From an uncultured Acidobacteriota bacterium (GTDB taxonomy: Bacteria; Acidobacteriota; Blastocatellia; RBC074): 64,000 bases of DNA. The position numbers and the translations under genes were made by a program. Shown here piece after piece: positions 54,450-64,000 of the stretch; within the stretch, counting starts at the first letter, position 1; every line of letters begins with the position of its first letter. The stretch lies in the NCBI GenBank assembly GCA_963796275.1, contig CAWCKY010000001.1:896001-960000 (forward strand). The letters are read 5' to 3'. The notes under the pieces are model-generated. The model did no database searches. It was not told where the DNA came from and worked only from the letters and a program-made list of their open reading frames with translations.

Positions 54450-56333
54450 ATGTGCGGAATCAGTGGAATATTTCATTATGCCAATGATGAACCGGTCAGC
54501 GAGATGATACTGCGGCGCATGACAGATGTGCTTCATCATCGTGGACCTGATGACGAAGGATTTTATCTGCAATCTCGCGCTGGCCTGGGCCACCGGCGAC
54601 TTTCGATCATCGATGTCGCCGGGGGCCATCAGCCCATCTTTAACGAAGACGGAAAAGTCGCAATCGTTTTCAATGGCGAAATTTACAACTACCGGGAGCT
54701 GACGCGACATGTAGAAGATCGCGGGCATAGACTGCAGACGCGATCAGATACTGAAACCATTGTTCATCTTTACGAGGAATATGGTGAAGCCTGTGTGCCG
54801 ATGTTACACGGGATGTTCGCATTCGCGATTTGGGACGCGCGCAAAAATGTGATGATGCTGGCGCGCGATCGCGTGGGCAAGAAGCCGCTTTATTATGCGA
54901 ACTGTGATGGCCGGCTTATCTTCGGATCGGAGTTGAAATCGGTCATCGCAAATCCGCACGTGCCTCGAATCATGGATGAAGAGGCGCTCGCCGATTACTT
55001 TTCATTCCAATACGTCCCGTCACCTAAATCGATCTTCCGCGACGTCCGTAAATTGAGAGCTGGGCATTACCTCATTATTACGCACGATGGCATCCGGGAT
55101 TGCGAATATTGGGATATCGACTTCGCGAATATCGAGGAGCGCAGCGAAGAGGACTGGTGCGCATCGATACGCGAATCCCTGAGCGAGGCGGTAGGATCGC
55201 GTTTGATCAGCGAGGTGCCGCTCGGGGCATTTCTTTCAGGCGGGATCGATTCTTCGGCCGTGGTTGCGATAATGAGCCGGATCATAGATCGGCCGGTGGT
55301 CACTTCTTCTGTCGGATTCACCGAGGAGAGCTATAGCGAGGCGGAATATGCGAGCGGGTTCGCCGGTCAGATAGGCGCAGACCATCACGAACGAATCGTC
55401 CGGCCGGATGCGGTGGGCATTCTGGAAAAACTGGCGTGGCATTACGATGAGCCGTTCGCCGATGCATCCGCCATACCGACCTATTACGTTGCGCAGACTG
55501 CGCGTGAATTTGTCACTGTTGCTCTATCGGGGGATGGCGGCGATGAAAATTTTGCCGGATACAGGCGGTATGTTTTCGACGCTTTCGAGAATCGCGTGCG
55601 CCGTCTTGCTCCCGGCGTATTACGCAAGCCCCTTTTCGCCACGCTCGCGCGGGTCTATCCGAAGGGCGATTATCTGCCTCAGCTGCTTCGGGCCAAGTCG
55701 ACGCTGCGCAATATTTCCCTCGATCATCCGGCCGCGTACTTCAATTCGGTCTATGGCGCGATGGCGTTGGAGCGTGATGCGATTCTGGGAGGTGACCTGC
55801 GAAAGGCATTGAACGGTTACGATCCATATCAGTTGTTTCTCGATCATTTCAACCGGGCTCGCACGGATGACCCGATTGCTCGGGTTCAGTATGTCGACAT
55901 CAAGACCTACCTTACCGACGACGTGCTGGCCAAAGTCGATCGCGCGAGTATGGCCGTTTCCCTCGAAGTGCGCTGTCCTTTGCTCGATCATCAGTTTATG
56001 GGACTGGCTGCGCGTATTCCATCGAGTTTGAAACTACGTGGGCGGGAAGGAAAGTACATTTTCAAGCGAGCGGTGAGCGATCTAATTCCGCAAGATATAT
56101 TATCGCGGCGCAAACAGGGCTTCGTGGTTCCGATCGCGGAATGGATGCGAGGCGAATTGCGCGAACTGGCCATCAGTTTGCTCTTCGATTCCGGATCGCA
56201 GGACGGGGTGTTGAAACGTGAAGCGGTGACGAGGCTCTGGAAGCAGCATCAAAGCGGGTTGCGCGAATATTCGCGCCCACTATGGGCAATTATGATGTTC
56301 AGGATGTGGCAGAGGAATTTTATGAAGAGTTGA
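54450..56333 (+). CDS. asnB: Asparagine synthase (glutamine-hydrolysing) family amidotransferase
   Basis: [31 protein letters not shown] and [14 protein letters not shown]. Confidence 0.92.
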   Translation: MCGISGIFHYANDEPVSEMILRRMTDVLHHRGPDDEGFYLQSRAGLGHRRLSIIDVAGGHQPIFNEDGKVAIVFNGEIYNYRELTRHVEDRGHRLQTRSDTETIVHLYEEYGEACVPMLHGMFAFAIWDARKNVMMLARDRVGKKPLYYANCDGRLIFGSELKSVIANPHVPRIMDEEALADYFSFQYVPSPKSIFRDVRKLRAGHYLIITHDGIRDCEYWDIDFANIEERSEEDWCASIRESLSEAVGSRLISEVPLGAFLSGGIDSSAVVAIMSRIIDRPVVTSSVGFTEESYSEAEYASGFAGQIGADHHERIVRPDAVGILEKLAWHYDEPFADASAIPTYYVAQTAREFVTVALSGDGGDENFAGYRRYVFDAFENRVRRLAPGVLRKPLFATLARVYPKGDYLPQLLRAKSTLRNISLDHPAAYFNSVYGAMALERDAILGGDLRKALNGYDPYQLFLDHFNRARTDDPIARVQYVDIKTYLTDDVLAKVDRASMAVSLEVRCPLLDHQFMGLAARIPSSLKLRGREGKYIFKRAVSDLIPQDILSRRKQGFVVPIAEWMRGELRELAISLLFDSGSQDGVLKREAVTRLWKQHQSGLREYSRPLWAIMMFRMWQRNFMKS

Positions 56334-56479
56334 TTGAGTATTGGTGGTGCGCTAAACCTCTGTACTGCGAGCAGGAGCGAACTGTTCTCAATCGGTATAA
56401 GGATGATAAGTGTGACATTATGACAGTATGAAAGAGACAGCCTGCGGTACTGATGATTTCGTAATTTCAATAGCTATCG

Positions 56480-57694
56480 ATGAATATTCTTGTCTTCACC
56501 TCGCTCTGGCCGAACAGTGAGCAGCCAAACCTCGGCATCTTCGTTAAGAATCGCATCGAGGCGCTGGCGCTAATCGATGGGATCAATGTGCGCGCTGTTG
56601 CGCCGGTTCCGTATTTTCCCAAACTGTTGCATTCATCGGTCATACCGGTTCAATGGCGACGATTGGCCCGCATCGCCGAACGAGAGATGATCGAAGGCAT
56701 CGAGACATTTCATCCGCGATACCTGGTCACGCCGAAAGTATGTATGACCTTTTATTCGCGATGGATGGCGCGCGGTGCAGAAATGCTGTTGCGCAGGTTG
56801 CATGCAGAGCAACCGATCAGCCTGATCGACGCGCACTACGTCTATCCGGACGGCCATGCCGCGGTGTTATTGGGCGAGCGGCTGAATATCCCTGTAGTCA
56901 TTACGGCGCGCGGGACTGACATCAACCTCTTCTCCCAGATGCGTTTAATTCGTCCGATGATCTGCCAGTCTTTAAAGCGCGCGCGTCGTGTCATTGCCGT
57001 GAGCGCTGCGCTCAAGCAGAGAATGCTCGAGTTGGGTTTGGATACTGATAGAGTCGCCGTCATTCGCAACGGAATCGATCGATCGACCTTCTATCCGAGC
57101 GATCGGGCGGAAGCTCGGCGCCGTCTGGGGCTAGCGAACGAATCTCAAATTATTATCACGGTGGGGGCGCTCGTCCCATTGAAGGGAATAAATCTATTGA
57201 TCGATGCGATGAAGTTACTATCAAGGGAAAATGTAAAACTGTATGTGATCGGGGATGGGCCGGAACGCGCAGCCCTTGAATCTCAAATAGCAGAACATAA
57301 ACTCGATGACTGTGCTTTTGTCGTCGGATCGCGCTCGCAGCGGGAGTTGGCAGAATGGTATGCGGCAGCGGATCTATTTTGTCTGGCGAGCAGTCGCGAA
57401 GGTTGCCCAAACGTTGTGATCGAGGCCATGGCGTGCGGTACGCCGGTTGTCGCGGCTGATGTGGGAGGTGTTCGTGAGCTGGTAGATGCGCCGGCTTACG
57501 GGCGCTTGATTTTAAATGTAACCGCTGAGAGCCTGGCCCGTGAGATCGAGGCTGCGCTTGCGATCGATTGGAATCGCGAAGCTATTGCGAATCATAGCGG
57601 GACGCGCACATGGTCGGCTGTCGCGAAGGAGATTTTGGATCAATGGGGGGCCTGTTTACCTGCGCGATCGAGTCTAACAGCCACACACCCCTAA
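56480..57694 (+). CDS. GT4 glycosyltransferase (TuaC-like)
   Basis: IDAHYVYPDG, TARGTDIN, RNGID and SREGCPNVVIEAMACG. Confidence 0.88.
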   Translation: MNILVFTSLWPNSEQPNLGIFVKNRIEALALIDGINVRAVAPVPYFPKLLHSSVIPVQWRRLARIAEREMIEGIETFHPRYLVTPKVCMTFYSRWMARGAEMLLRRLHAEQPISLIDAHYVYPDGHAAVLLGERLNIPVVITARGTDINLFSQMRLIRPMICQSLKRARRVIAVSAALKQRMLELGLDTDRVAVIRNGIDRSTFYPSDRAEARRRLGLANESQIIITVGALVPLKGINLLIDAMKLLSRENVKLYVIGDGPERAALESQIAEHKLDDCAFVVGSRSQRELAEWYAAADLFCLASSREGCPNVVIEAMACGTPVVAADVGGVRELVDAPAYGRLILNVTAESLAREIEAALAIDWNREAIANHSGTRTWSAVAKEILDQWGACLPARSSLTATHP

Positions 57695-57769
57695 ATGCGT
57701 TTATTTTCCGGGAGATTCCGTTTCGTTTAACCGTAATGGTGGCGGCGCTGGCGAATTCGTTTATTCGGG

Positions 57770-57962
57770 AGCGCCAGAGGCGCGATATGTTTATAGAATT
57801 TTTCGTAATAGTGCCCCAGCTCCGGAGGAGCGGCATATGAACGGCATCATAATTTTCAGAGAGTTGAAGATCGCAAACCAGATCATCAATCTCCCGCGAA
57901 CTATGTCGGAGCTGGGGATATTTACTTGCCATAATCTAGAAACATCTCGCTTCTCCGGAGCT
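57770..57962. repeat. Cluster of three degenerate REP-like units (consensus ~TCTAnAAACATnTCGCnCCTCnGGnGCT)
   Basis: Two minus-strand copies (57770-57797, 57818-57838) and one plus-strand copy (57935-57962). Confidence 0.55.
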
Positions 57963-58237
57963 AAGAGCCGATAATATTATTTGCTGAATTCGCCCGCGGC
58001 ATCGCTTGGTACCGCTTTGGTAGATATATTCCTTGATCCGGGATTTTTCTGAAACTCACACCACGGCCCTCCAAATAACCCTTATTTGTGGATTTGCCCA
58101 GTTGTCTCGTAAGCAATGAGTGAAGCAATTGACTACCAAAGCGGTTGCAAGCAAGCAACCGCACTCCGAAGGCTTCGCTATCCCAAGATATGCTTATCAT
58201 CTGGAAACCGCTGTAATCGCTACCAGCTTCGATTAAC

Positions 58238-58765
58238 TCAAGAAATTTCTTCCATCCGATCAGGCATAATATCCAAATACGCCCCCACTATTAAGTCTTC
58301 CTCAATTATGCCTAGATTCCCCATCAGATACCTCAGAGTTTGTATGCCTTCATCACGAGATTGTCCGTCTCTCATTACGAATTCAAGCTCAATGAAATCG
58401 CCGAGTCCTTCTACTTGGTCGAGGTGGATTCGTGTCTGACCGACAATGAATACCTCTCTTATCTTCTTAATTTCACCCTTTATCCCACATGCATTCGCGA
58501 GAGCCATCTTCAAATTGTCGGGATCTGTTGTTTTTACGATGAGGTAACTCGACTCTTTCAGACCGGATTCTTCCGATCGCTCATAGAAAATTAGCTCTCC
58601 CCGATCCGGCCCCAATATTCGTAGCTTGAATTTTCCAGTCCTGCTATAAAAGAAAGTATCTGCTTGATATATGATTTCACCGGTAGTGCCTGCGATTGCT
58701 TCAGCCTTTACTCGTATGAGCGGTAAATCTCTTGCTATGGCCTTTATCTCTACATTCCGCAACAT
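58238..58765 (-). CDS. CYTH domain protein (class IV adenylate cyclase / triphosphate tunnel family)
   Basis: NVEIKA, QADTFF, KLR, RIHLDQVEGLGDFIELE and AYLD. Confidence 0.88.
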   Translation of the reverse strand: MLRNVEIKAIARDLPLIRVKAEAIAGTTGEIIYQADTFFYSRTGKFKLRILGPDRGELIFYERSEESGLKESSYLIVKTTDPDNLKMALANACGIKGEIKKIREVFIVGQTRIHLDQVEGLGDFIELEFVMRDGQSRDEGIQTLRYLMGNLGIIEEDLIVGAYLDIMPDRMEEIS

Positions 58766-58949
58766 CGAATAACCTTTCCTGAATTTAATATTAAATTTAA
58801 CGCTTTGATAACAGAAAACACTTCATAATTTTACATACCGGCATTAGTATCCATCACGGCTCCATCCCCTATAACATAGTTACACTCAAGTAACGAGAGT
58901 TTCCCACACAACTTTCGCTCCGTTCATACAAAAAAATCGAGGTATCAGG

Positions 58950-60677
58950 ATGAATAAAATCACCCGTCGAGGGTTTCTGCGGCTCAGCGGAATCGGTCTG
59001 GTTACACCCTATATTTTACTTGCAGACAACTCCTCCGCTCATACATCACTTTCTTTTAACAAGGCGGATTCTATCTGGCTCCAGTTTGATCCGGGCCGAA
59101 ATCCGGAGGAAGTTTTCGGTCTTTCCGTCGCTTCCGGAGATCCGACTCCGGCCGGCGTTATTCTCTGGACCCGAGTAAACCCGCAGGCATGGGCACAGGG
59201 AGATAACATGGCATTCGAGGTCGCTCTGGATCCGGAATTCAATCAGGTGATAACCCAGGGTCTGGTGGAAAGCAGCGACTTCGGACCTGAACGCGACTAT
59301 ACAGTAAAACTCGATCTCGACGGCAGGCTCTCTCCCAATCGTTATTACTATTACCGATTCATCTATCATCAAACTGCCAGCCGTACCGGTCGTTGCCGGA
59401 CATTACCGCTAGCCAGGGAGTCACTGGACCGGATCAAATTTGCTGTGCTGACGTGTCAGGACTTCGCCAACGGATATTACGGAGCTTTCTCACACCTTGC
59501 GCAAGAGACCGATGTCGATTTTGTGGTTCATCTGGGAGATTTTATTTACGAGACTGCGAGCACTACCAATACCGCATACCCCGATCGTCTTATCGTATTA
59601 CCGAGCGGTGGGTCGGCAGCTTTCGGGCTAGCTGACTACAGGTCCATCTATCGCACCTACCGTTCAGACAGATTCTTGCAGCGCGCTATGGAACAGCACA
59701 CCTGGATCATCATCTGGGATGATCACGAGACCGCAAACGACTCCTATTGGGATTACGACCGGGATACATTAGGGGCACCCGATCACCCCTTCACATCCGA
59801 TGAGCAATTCGGTAACGACCCGCAACGCTTGAGACAGTTGAAGTTGGAGTCGCAGCAGGCCTGGGCTGAATATGTGCCTGCACGCGTCACGGTCAACACA
59901 GGAGCCGAACATCCCCACCAGTTCCTGCAAATCTACCGTAAGTTCCAGTTCGGCAACCTGGTTGAACTTTTCATGACAGATGAGCGCACGTATCGTTCAT
60001 CGCACCCTTGCGGTGAGGGACAAATCGGCGACCGGTATGTAACGCTAGGATGTAATCAACAGTTCGACGGAACTCGTACCATGCTCGGTCAGGATCAGCG
60101 CGACTGGCTGCTCCAAGGCGTGACCGGATCGAGCGCGCTCTGGAAAGTGTGGGGCAATGAGGTCTTTCAGGCTCCGCTCAGGCTGACACAGACTCGCAGA
60201 TCGGTCTATATCATCCTAGATGCGTGGGATGGCTATGTCAGCGAACGCTCATACCTTGCCAGACAGTTCAAGCAAGCTGGTATCCGTAATCTGGTTGTTC
60301 TAACCGGCGACCTGCATACCTCGTTGGCGTCATATTTAAAACTCAACTATACGATTGATCCATTTCATCTCCTGCAGTCCAATATGGTCGGCGTAGAGTT
60401 CATGACTCCATCGATCACCTCCGCGAATCTACGGGAGCTTTTCGGTAACCTAGGAGTAACCGTGGACGTTGGTGAAGTTGTAGTCAGAATAACAAATCCT
60501 CACATTCGCTTTTTCAATGGTGAGCTTTGGGGCTACTCCACTGTTGAGTTTAACAACGAGTATTGCGAATACACGGTATTCGACATTGACAAGTCGCAAA
60601 ATGACGGGAATGTCCGTAAGAGAGTTCATAAACGATTGCAGGTGCCGGTAAACAAAGTACAGATCCACGAAGCATAG
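58950..60677 (+). CDS. phoD: Alkaline phosphatase D, Tat-exported (copy 1)
   Basis: TRRGFL Tat motif; SVASGDP, HLGDFIYE, WDDHE, DAWDGY and LTGDLH. Confidence 0.92.
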   Translation: MNKITRRGFLRLSGIGLVTPYILLADNSSAHTSLSFNKADSIWLQFDPGRNPEEVFGLSVASGDPTPAGVILWTRVNPQAWAQGDNMAFEVALDPEFNQVITQGLVESSDFGPERDYTVKLDLDGRLSPNRYYYYRFIYHQTASRTGRCRTLPLARESLDRIKFAVLTCQDFANGYYGAFSHLAQETDVDFVVHLGDFIYETASTTNTAYPDRLIVLPSGGSAAFGLADYRSIYRTYRSDRFLQRAMEQHTWIIIWDDHETANDSYWDYDRDTLGAPDHPFTSDEQFGNDPQRLRQLKLESQQAWAEYVPARVTVNTGAEHPHQFLQIYRKFQFGNLVELFMTDERTYRSSHPCGEGQIGDRYVTLGCNQQFDGTRTMLGQDQRDWLLQGVTGSSALWKVWGNEVFQAPLRLTQTRRSVYIILDAWDGYVSERSYLARQFKQAGIRNLVVLTGDLHTSLASYLKLNYTIDPFHLLQSNMVGVEFMTPSITSANLRELFGNLGVTVDVGEVVVRITNPHIRFFNGELWGYSTVEFNNEYCEYTVFDIDKSQNDGNVRKRVHKRLQVPVNKVQIHEA

Positions 60678-60691
60678 AGGAAGACAGAGTA

Positions 60692-60773
60692 ACTACAAAA
60701 CACACAGAAGATACAAAAGACACAGGAGAGCGATATTCTACTGTGTCTTTTGTATTTCTGTGTATTTTGTGGT
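60692..60773. terminator. Long AT-rich inverted repeat after phoD (possible bidirectional terminator)
   Basis: actacaaaacacacagaagatacaaaagacacag pairs with ctgtgtcttttgtatttctgtgtattttgtggt. Confidence 0.55.
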
Positions 60774-60799
60774 GAATGGCTTCTGTTTATTTGAACGGT

Positions 60800-61105
60800 C
60801 TAAATTCTATCTTGATGAATGAAGAATGTAAGAGTCGATCCAGTTACCATACTTCGGCCAGTGATCAGAAAAACGGCCATCCAATGAACCTGGCACAGAA
60901 GCATGACAATCGGATTCCATACTGTATTGAGACCGTTCCGTATATCTGCCGGTGATATGGCCGCTTCGAAGTTCATCACAACAAAAAATTGATAAATGAT
61001 GACTAGAATCGCCATTGCCTGATAGGCGGAGAGTTTTCTGGCAATTCCGCGGAAATCAGCACGCAGTTTTTCTGACAGGGCGCGCCACGCCTGCGTCAGT
61101 ATCAT
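60800..61105 (-). CDS. Hypothetical small hydrophobic protein or gene remnant
   Basis: ORF with two hydrophobic stretches, AT-rich, no clear RBS. Confidence 0.35.
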   Translation of the reverse strand: MILTQAWRALSEKLRADFRGIARKLSAYQAMAILVIIYQFFVVMNFEAAISPADIRNGLNTVWNPIVMLLCQVHWMAVFLITGRSMVTGSTLTFFIHQDRI

Positions 61106-61111
61106 TACTGG

Positions 61112-61197
61112 GAATTGATAATTGATAATTGATAATTGATAATTCTTATAAACTGTTACCGAAGTAATTACCAATTACCAATTATCAATTATCAGTT
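61112..61197. repeat. Inverted heptamer tandem repeat (TTGATAA)n...(TTAYCAA)n
   Basis: aattgataattgataattgataattgataatt...aattaccaattaccaattatcaattatcag. Confidence 0.85.
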
Positions 61198-61254
61198 CCC
61201 CCTGTTTCTCGTGGTTGATAAGGTATGCATAACTTGCTCGTGGAGATATAGCTG

Positions 61255-62829
61255 ATGAAAAACTTGCACTCATCAATGAAACAATATGCTGTCGACCGCC
61301 GCAACTTTCTGATCGGAGCCGCTGCATTTTCAGGTCTGGCGATGACTGGTAAATTCCAATCCCAGACGCAGACGGGCACTCCGAGTTTTTCCGCCGATCC
61401 TTTCTCACTCGGGGTGGCTTCGGGCGATCCTCTACCCAACGGTGTCGTGTTATGGACGAGGCTCGCGCCTGATCCGCTCAATGGCGGCGGGATGCCTCCT
61501 AATCCATTCAACGTGAAGTGGGAAATCGCTTCAGATGATCAGATGCGCAAGATCGTGCGACACGGCTGGGCATATGCGCGTCCCGAGTTTGGCCATTCTG
61601 TACACGTCGAAGTGCACGGGCTGAAGCCTGCTCGCTGGTACTGGTATCGTTTCCGGGTTGGTTCTTTCGTCAGCCCGATTGGCAGGACTCGAACTGCCCC
61701 GGCATTAAACGCGCGGGTTGATCAGCTCGCCTTCGCTTTCGCCTCTTGCCAGCATTTCGAACAGGGATACTACACTCCATATAAACATATGGCGGAAGAG
61801 CAACTCGATCTGGTTGTGCATCTCGGTGATTACATTTACGAGGGTGGGGCGACCACGGGTCGCACGCGCATACACAACAGCCCAGAGATAATGTCACTCG
61901 AAGACTACCGGAATCGTTACGCTCTCTACAAAGGCGATCCGGATTTGCAACGTGCGCATGCGATGTTTCCCTGGATAGTGACGTGGGACGATCACGAGGT
62001 TGAGAACAATTATGCCAACAACATCCCGGAGAATAATGTGCCGCCCGAAACTTTCCTCGAACGCCGTGCGCTGGCATACCAGGCATATTACGAACACATG
62101 CCGTTGCGCCACACAGCGCTGCCGCAAGGACCGGAACTGTTGTTGTATCGTCGCTTGAGATTTGGGGATCTGGCGGAATTCAACGTGCTCGATACGCGGC
62201 AGTATCGCACCAATCAACCGTGCGGCGATGGCACCAAACCGATCTGTGATGAAGTGTTCAACCCTGAGGCGACAATGTTAGGTGATGAACAGGAGAGCTG
62301 GTTACTCCGCAACCTGGACAAATCGAAAGCGAGATGGAACGTGCTCGCGCAGCAGGTTATGATGGCCAGGTATGAGTCGGCGGCGGGGCCAGCCCAGAGC
62401 ATCAGCATGGACAAATGGATCGCATATCCTGCGGGGCTCAATCGTCTCCTGAATTTCCTGAATGAACGCAGACCGTCGAATCCGATCGTTCTCACGGGCG
62501 ATATTCACTCGAGCTGGGTAGCCGATATCAAGACCAATTTCGATGATCCCAATTCGCCGGTCGTCGGAACCGAGTTCGTCGGGACCTCTATCAGTTCGGG
62601 CGGCGACGGGGCAGATTCCAATGCGAATATTGAGCGGCAACTGCCCGAGAATCCGCACATCAAGTTTTATAACGCACGGCGCGGTTATGTGCTCTGCAAC
62701 ATCACGCGGCAGCAGTGGCAAACCGACTACCGTATCGTCGCCGCGGTGACCAAACCGGATGAGCCGATCAGCACGCGCGCTTCGTTCGTAGTCGAGAACG
62801 GCACTCCGGGCGCGATCCGAACTGAATAA
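61255..62829 (+). CDS. phoD: Alkaline phosphatase D, Tat-exported (copy 2)
   Basis: DRRNFL Tat motif; [28 protein letters not shown] and LTGDIH. Confidence 0.93.
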   Translation: MKNLHSSMKQYAVDRRNFLIGAAAFSGLAMTGKFQSQTQTGTPSFSADPFSLGVASGDPLPNGVVLWTRLAPDPLNGGGMPPNPFNVKWEIASDDQMRKIVRHGWAYARPEFGHSVHVEVHGLKPARWYWYRFRVGSFVSPIGRTRTAPALNARVDQLAFAFASCQHFEQGYYTPYKHMAEEQLDLVVHLGDYIYEGGATTGRTRIHNSPEIMSLEDYRNRYALYKGDPDLQRAHAMFPWIVTWDDHEVENNYANNIPENNVPPETFLERRALAYQAYYEHMPLRHTALPQGPELLLYRRLRFGDLAEFNVLDTRQYRTNQPCGDGTKPICDEVFNPEATMLGDEQESWLLRNLDKSKARWNVLAQQVMMARYESAAGPAQSISMDKWIAYPAGLNRLLNFLNERRPSNPIVLTGDIHSSWVADIKTNFDDPNSPVVGTEFVGTSISSGGDGADSNANIERQLPENPHIKFYNARRGYVLCNITRQQWQTDYRIVAAVTKPDEPISTRASFVVENGTPGAIRTE

Positions 62830-62830
62830 C

Positions 62831-62929
62831 AGTTTTCAGTTTTTAGTTTTCAGTATTCAAGTTATTCAGTTTTCAGTTCGAGACTCTTAACTGAAAACTG
62901 AAAACTGAAAACTGAAAACTAAAAACTGA
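62831..62929. repeat. (TTTTCAG)n-loop-(CTGAAAA)n hairpin element, copy 6, between convergent genes
   Basis: agttttcagtttttagttttcag...aactgaaaactgaaaactgaaaactgaaaactaaaaactga; overlaps the psd 3' end. Confidence 0.85.
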
Positions 62930-63946
62930 TCTGGCGATCTGCGAGCGGACGGCGACATCAGTCTCGACCAGCGGTTGTCCGAAGCCCAGGGAGAACCGGC
63001 TCTTAACGTCTCTGCGCTCTCTGTTTGCCAGTAAATCCTCGTCAAAGGAAATCCGGCCGCGCTGAAAGAGCAACACATCGGTGCTGCTGCCGGGGCGATA
63101 GCGGCTCTTCGGGCGGCCGCGCTCGATCCGCATTCCAGGCCGAACGGGTTGCGGATTTTCATAGCGTTCGCGGCTGTAACATTGTACGACCTCACCGATC
63201 ATGAGCGCCGTGACTTCGATCATTGCCACCAGCCCGATATTGGTCCCGCCAGGGATATCCGTGTCGAATACGGTCACCGCGCGTGTGTTCTTAGAGTATG
63301 GAGTCACAATGGTGATTACCGCCGAGGGGTTACAGGCGTGATATCGCCCGCGGACTTCATAATAATCCTTCACTATTCCTGTGACGGGCGTGTGATTATA
63401 GTGGTACTTATCCGGGGTCAGGCGGAAGATCGCGAAGTCGCCGCCGGCGAAAGCTCTCAACCATCGCTCTTTGTCGCTGCCCAGTAGCTCTTCAAAGTCG
63501 AAGAATTTTCCTTTGATAAACAGCGCGGACGTTTCGTTAAACGATCCCACCAGCGCACGCGCATCGGCGGGCGAGACGACGGCCGGCGCTTCTTCCGGCA
63601 TTGGCCGGCATTCCCAGTAGCGAATCTTCCGTTCAAAAACTTTTCGCATCGTGTTGAGGTTTTCAGCCGCGTATTCATTGAGCTCTATACCGGCGCTGCG
63701 CAGAAAACGATCGCTACCCGTTAGCGCGCCGCCGAATGGCAAATCGTAGTTCAGGAATCCCAGAACGGCCGATACTCTGCGGCTGAGCGCGAGACGGTAA
63801 AGCGCAGGAGCGTTCTCTCTCACTTCAGAGTAGAGCAATCGCACCAGACTGTCGCCGTAAAGCCGCTCGGTGAGTACGCGGCCAGTGCGTCGTTCAACGA
63901 ATTGATGAGGTTGTCGATGTGATTGAAGTCTCGAAATTCGGTGCAT
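62873..63946 (-). CDS. psd: Phosphatidylserine decarboxylase proenzyme family
   Basis: VVSPADAR, FRLTPDKYHYNHTP, KNTR and PGSST (pyruvoyl self-cleavage-type motif). Confidence 0.8.
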   Translation of the reverse strand: MHRISRLQSHRQPHQFVERRTGRVLTERLYGDSLVRLLYSEVRENAPALYRLALSRRVSAVLGFLNYDLPFGGALTGSDRFLRSAGIELNEYAAENLNTMRKVFERKIRYWECRPMPEEAPAVVSPADARALVGSFNETSALFIKGKFFDFEELLGSDKERWLRAFAGGDFAIFRLTPDKYHYNHTPVTGIVKDYYEVRGRYHACNPSAVITIVTPYSKNTRAVTVFDTDIPGGTNIGLVAMIEVTALMIGEVVQCYSRERYENPQPVRPGMRIERGRPKSRYRPGSSTDVLLFQRGRISFDEDLLANRERRDVKSRFSLGFGQPLVETDVAVRSQIARSVFSFQFSVFSFQLRVSN

Positions 63947-64000
63947 TCAGGATTTTCTCAGAGGCATTCATATCGTGCCGTATCGAAAGCAGCACAAGGT

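Noticed and set aside
57582-57932. 116-aa minus-strand ORF after the EPS cluster
   Set aside because: Overlaps the GT4 3' end, is composed largely of REP-like repeats and has no recognisable domain

Overview
Bacterial chromosomal window. The gene content and repeat style suggest an Acidobacteriota-like genome, but that is inference only. From left to right it contains: (i) a pyrimidine/ureide catabolism locus of two convergent gene runs (class-III aminotransferase, dihydropyrimidinase, NCS1 permease, two nitrilase-family ureidopropionases, two LLM oxidoreductases, D-aminoacylase, SsnA-like amidohydrolase); (ii) carB; (iii) a full-length class III ribonucleotide reductase (NrdD) homologue that appears to have lost its glycyl-radical motif and catalytic cysteines; (iv) thiD and thiE, separated by an AT-rich island bounded by a 14-bp direct repeat and encoding a ~2000-aa nuclease-STAND NTPase (Avs-like, split by two homopolymer frameshifts); (v) an ECF sigma / anti-sigma / catalytically degenerate HtrA-PDZ module; (vi) MFS, M20 peptidase and glpX; (vii) a ~21-kb PEP-CTERM/XrtA-type exopolysaccharide cluster with Wzm/Wzt and an embedded PduO; (viii) a CYTH protein, two Tat-exported PhoD phosphatases and psd. 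Intergenic regions hold many hairpins built from short tandem repeats. One family, (TTTTCAG)n-loop-(CTGAAAA)n, ends in a conserved tail that supplies the Shine-Dalgarno of the next gene. No rRNA, tRNA, CRISPR array or integrase was recognised. All family assignments come from motif recognition by eye, not from database searches.
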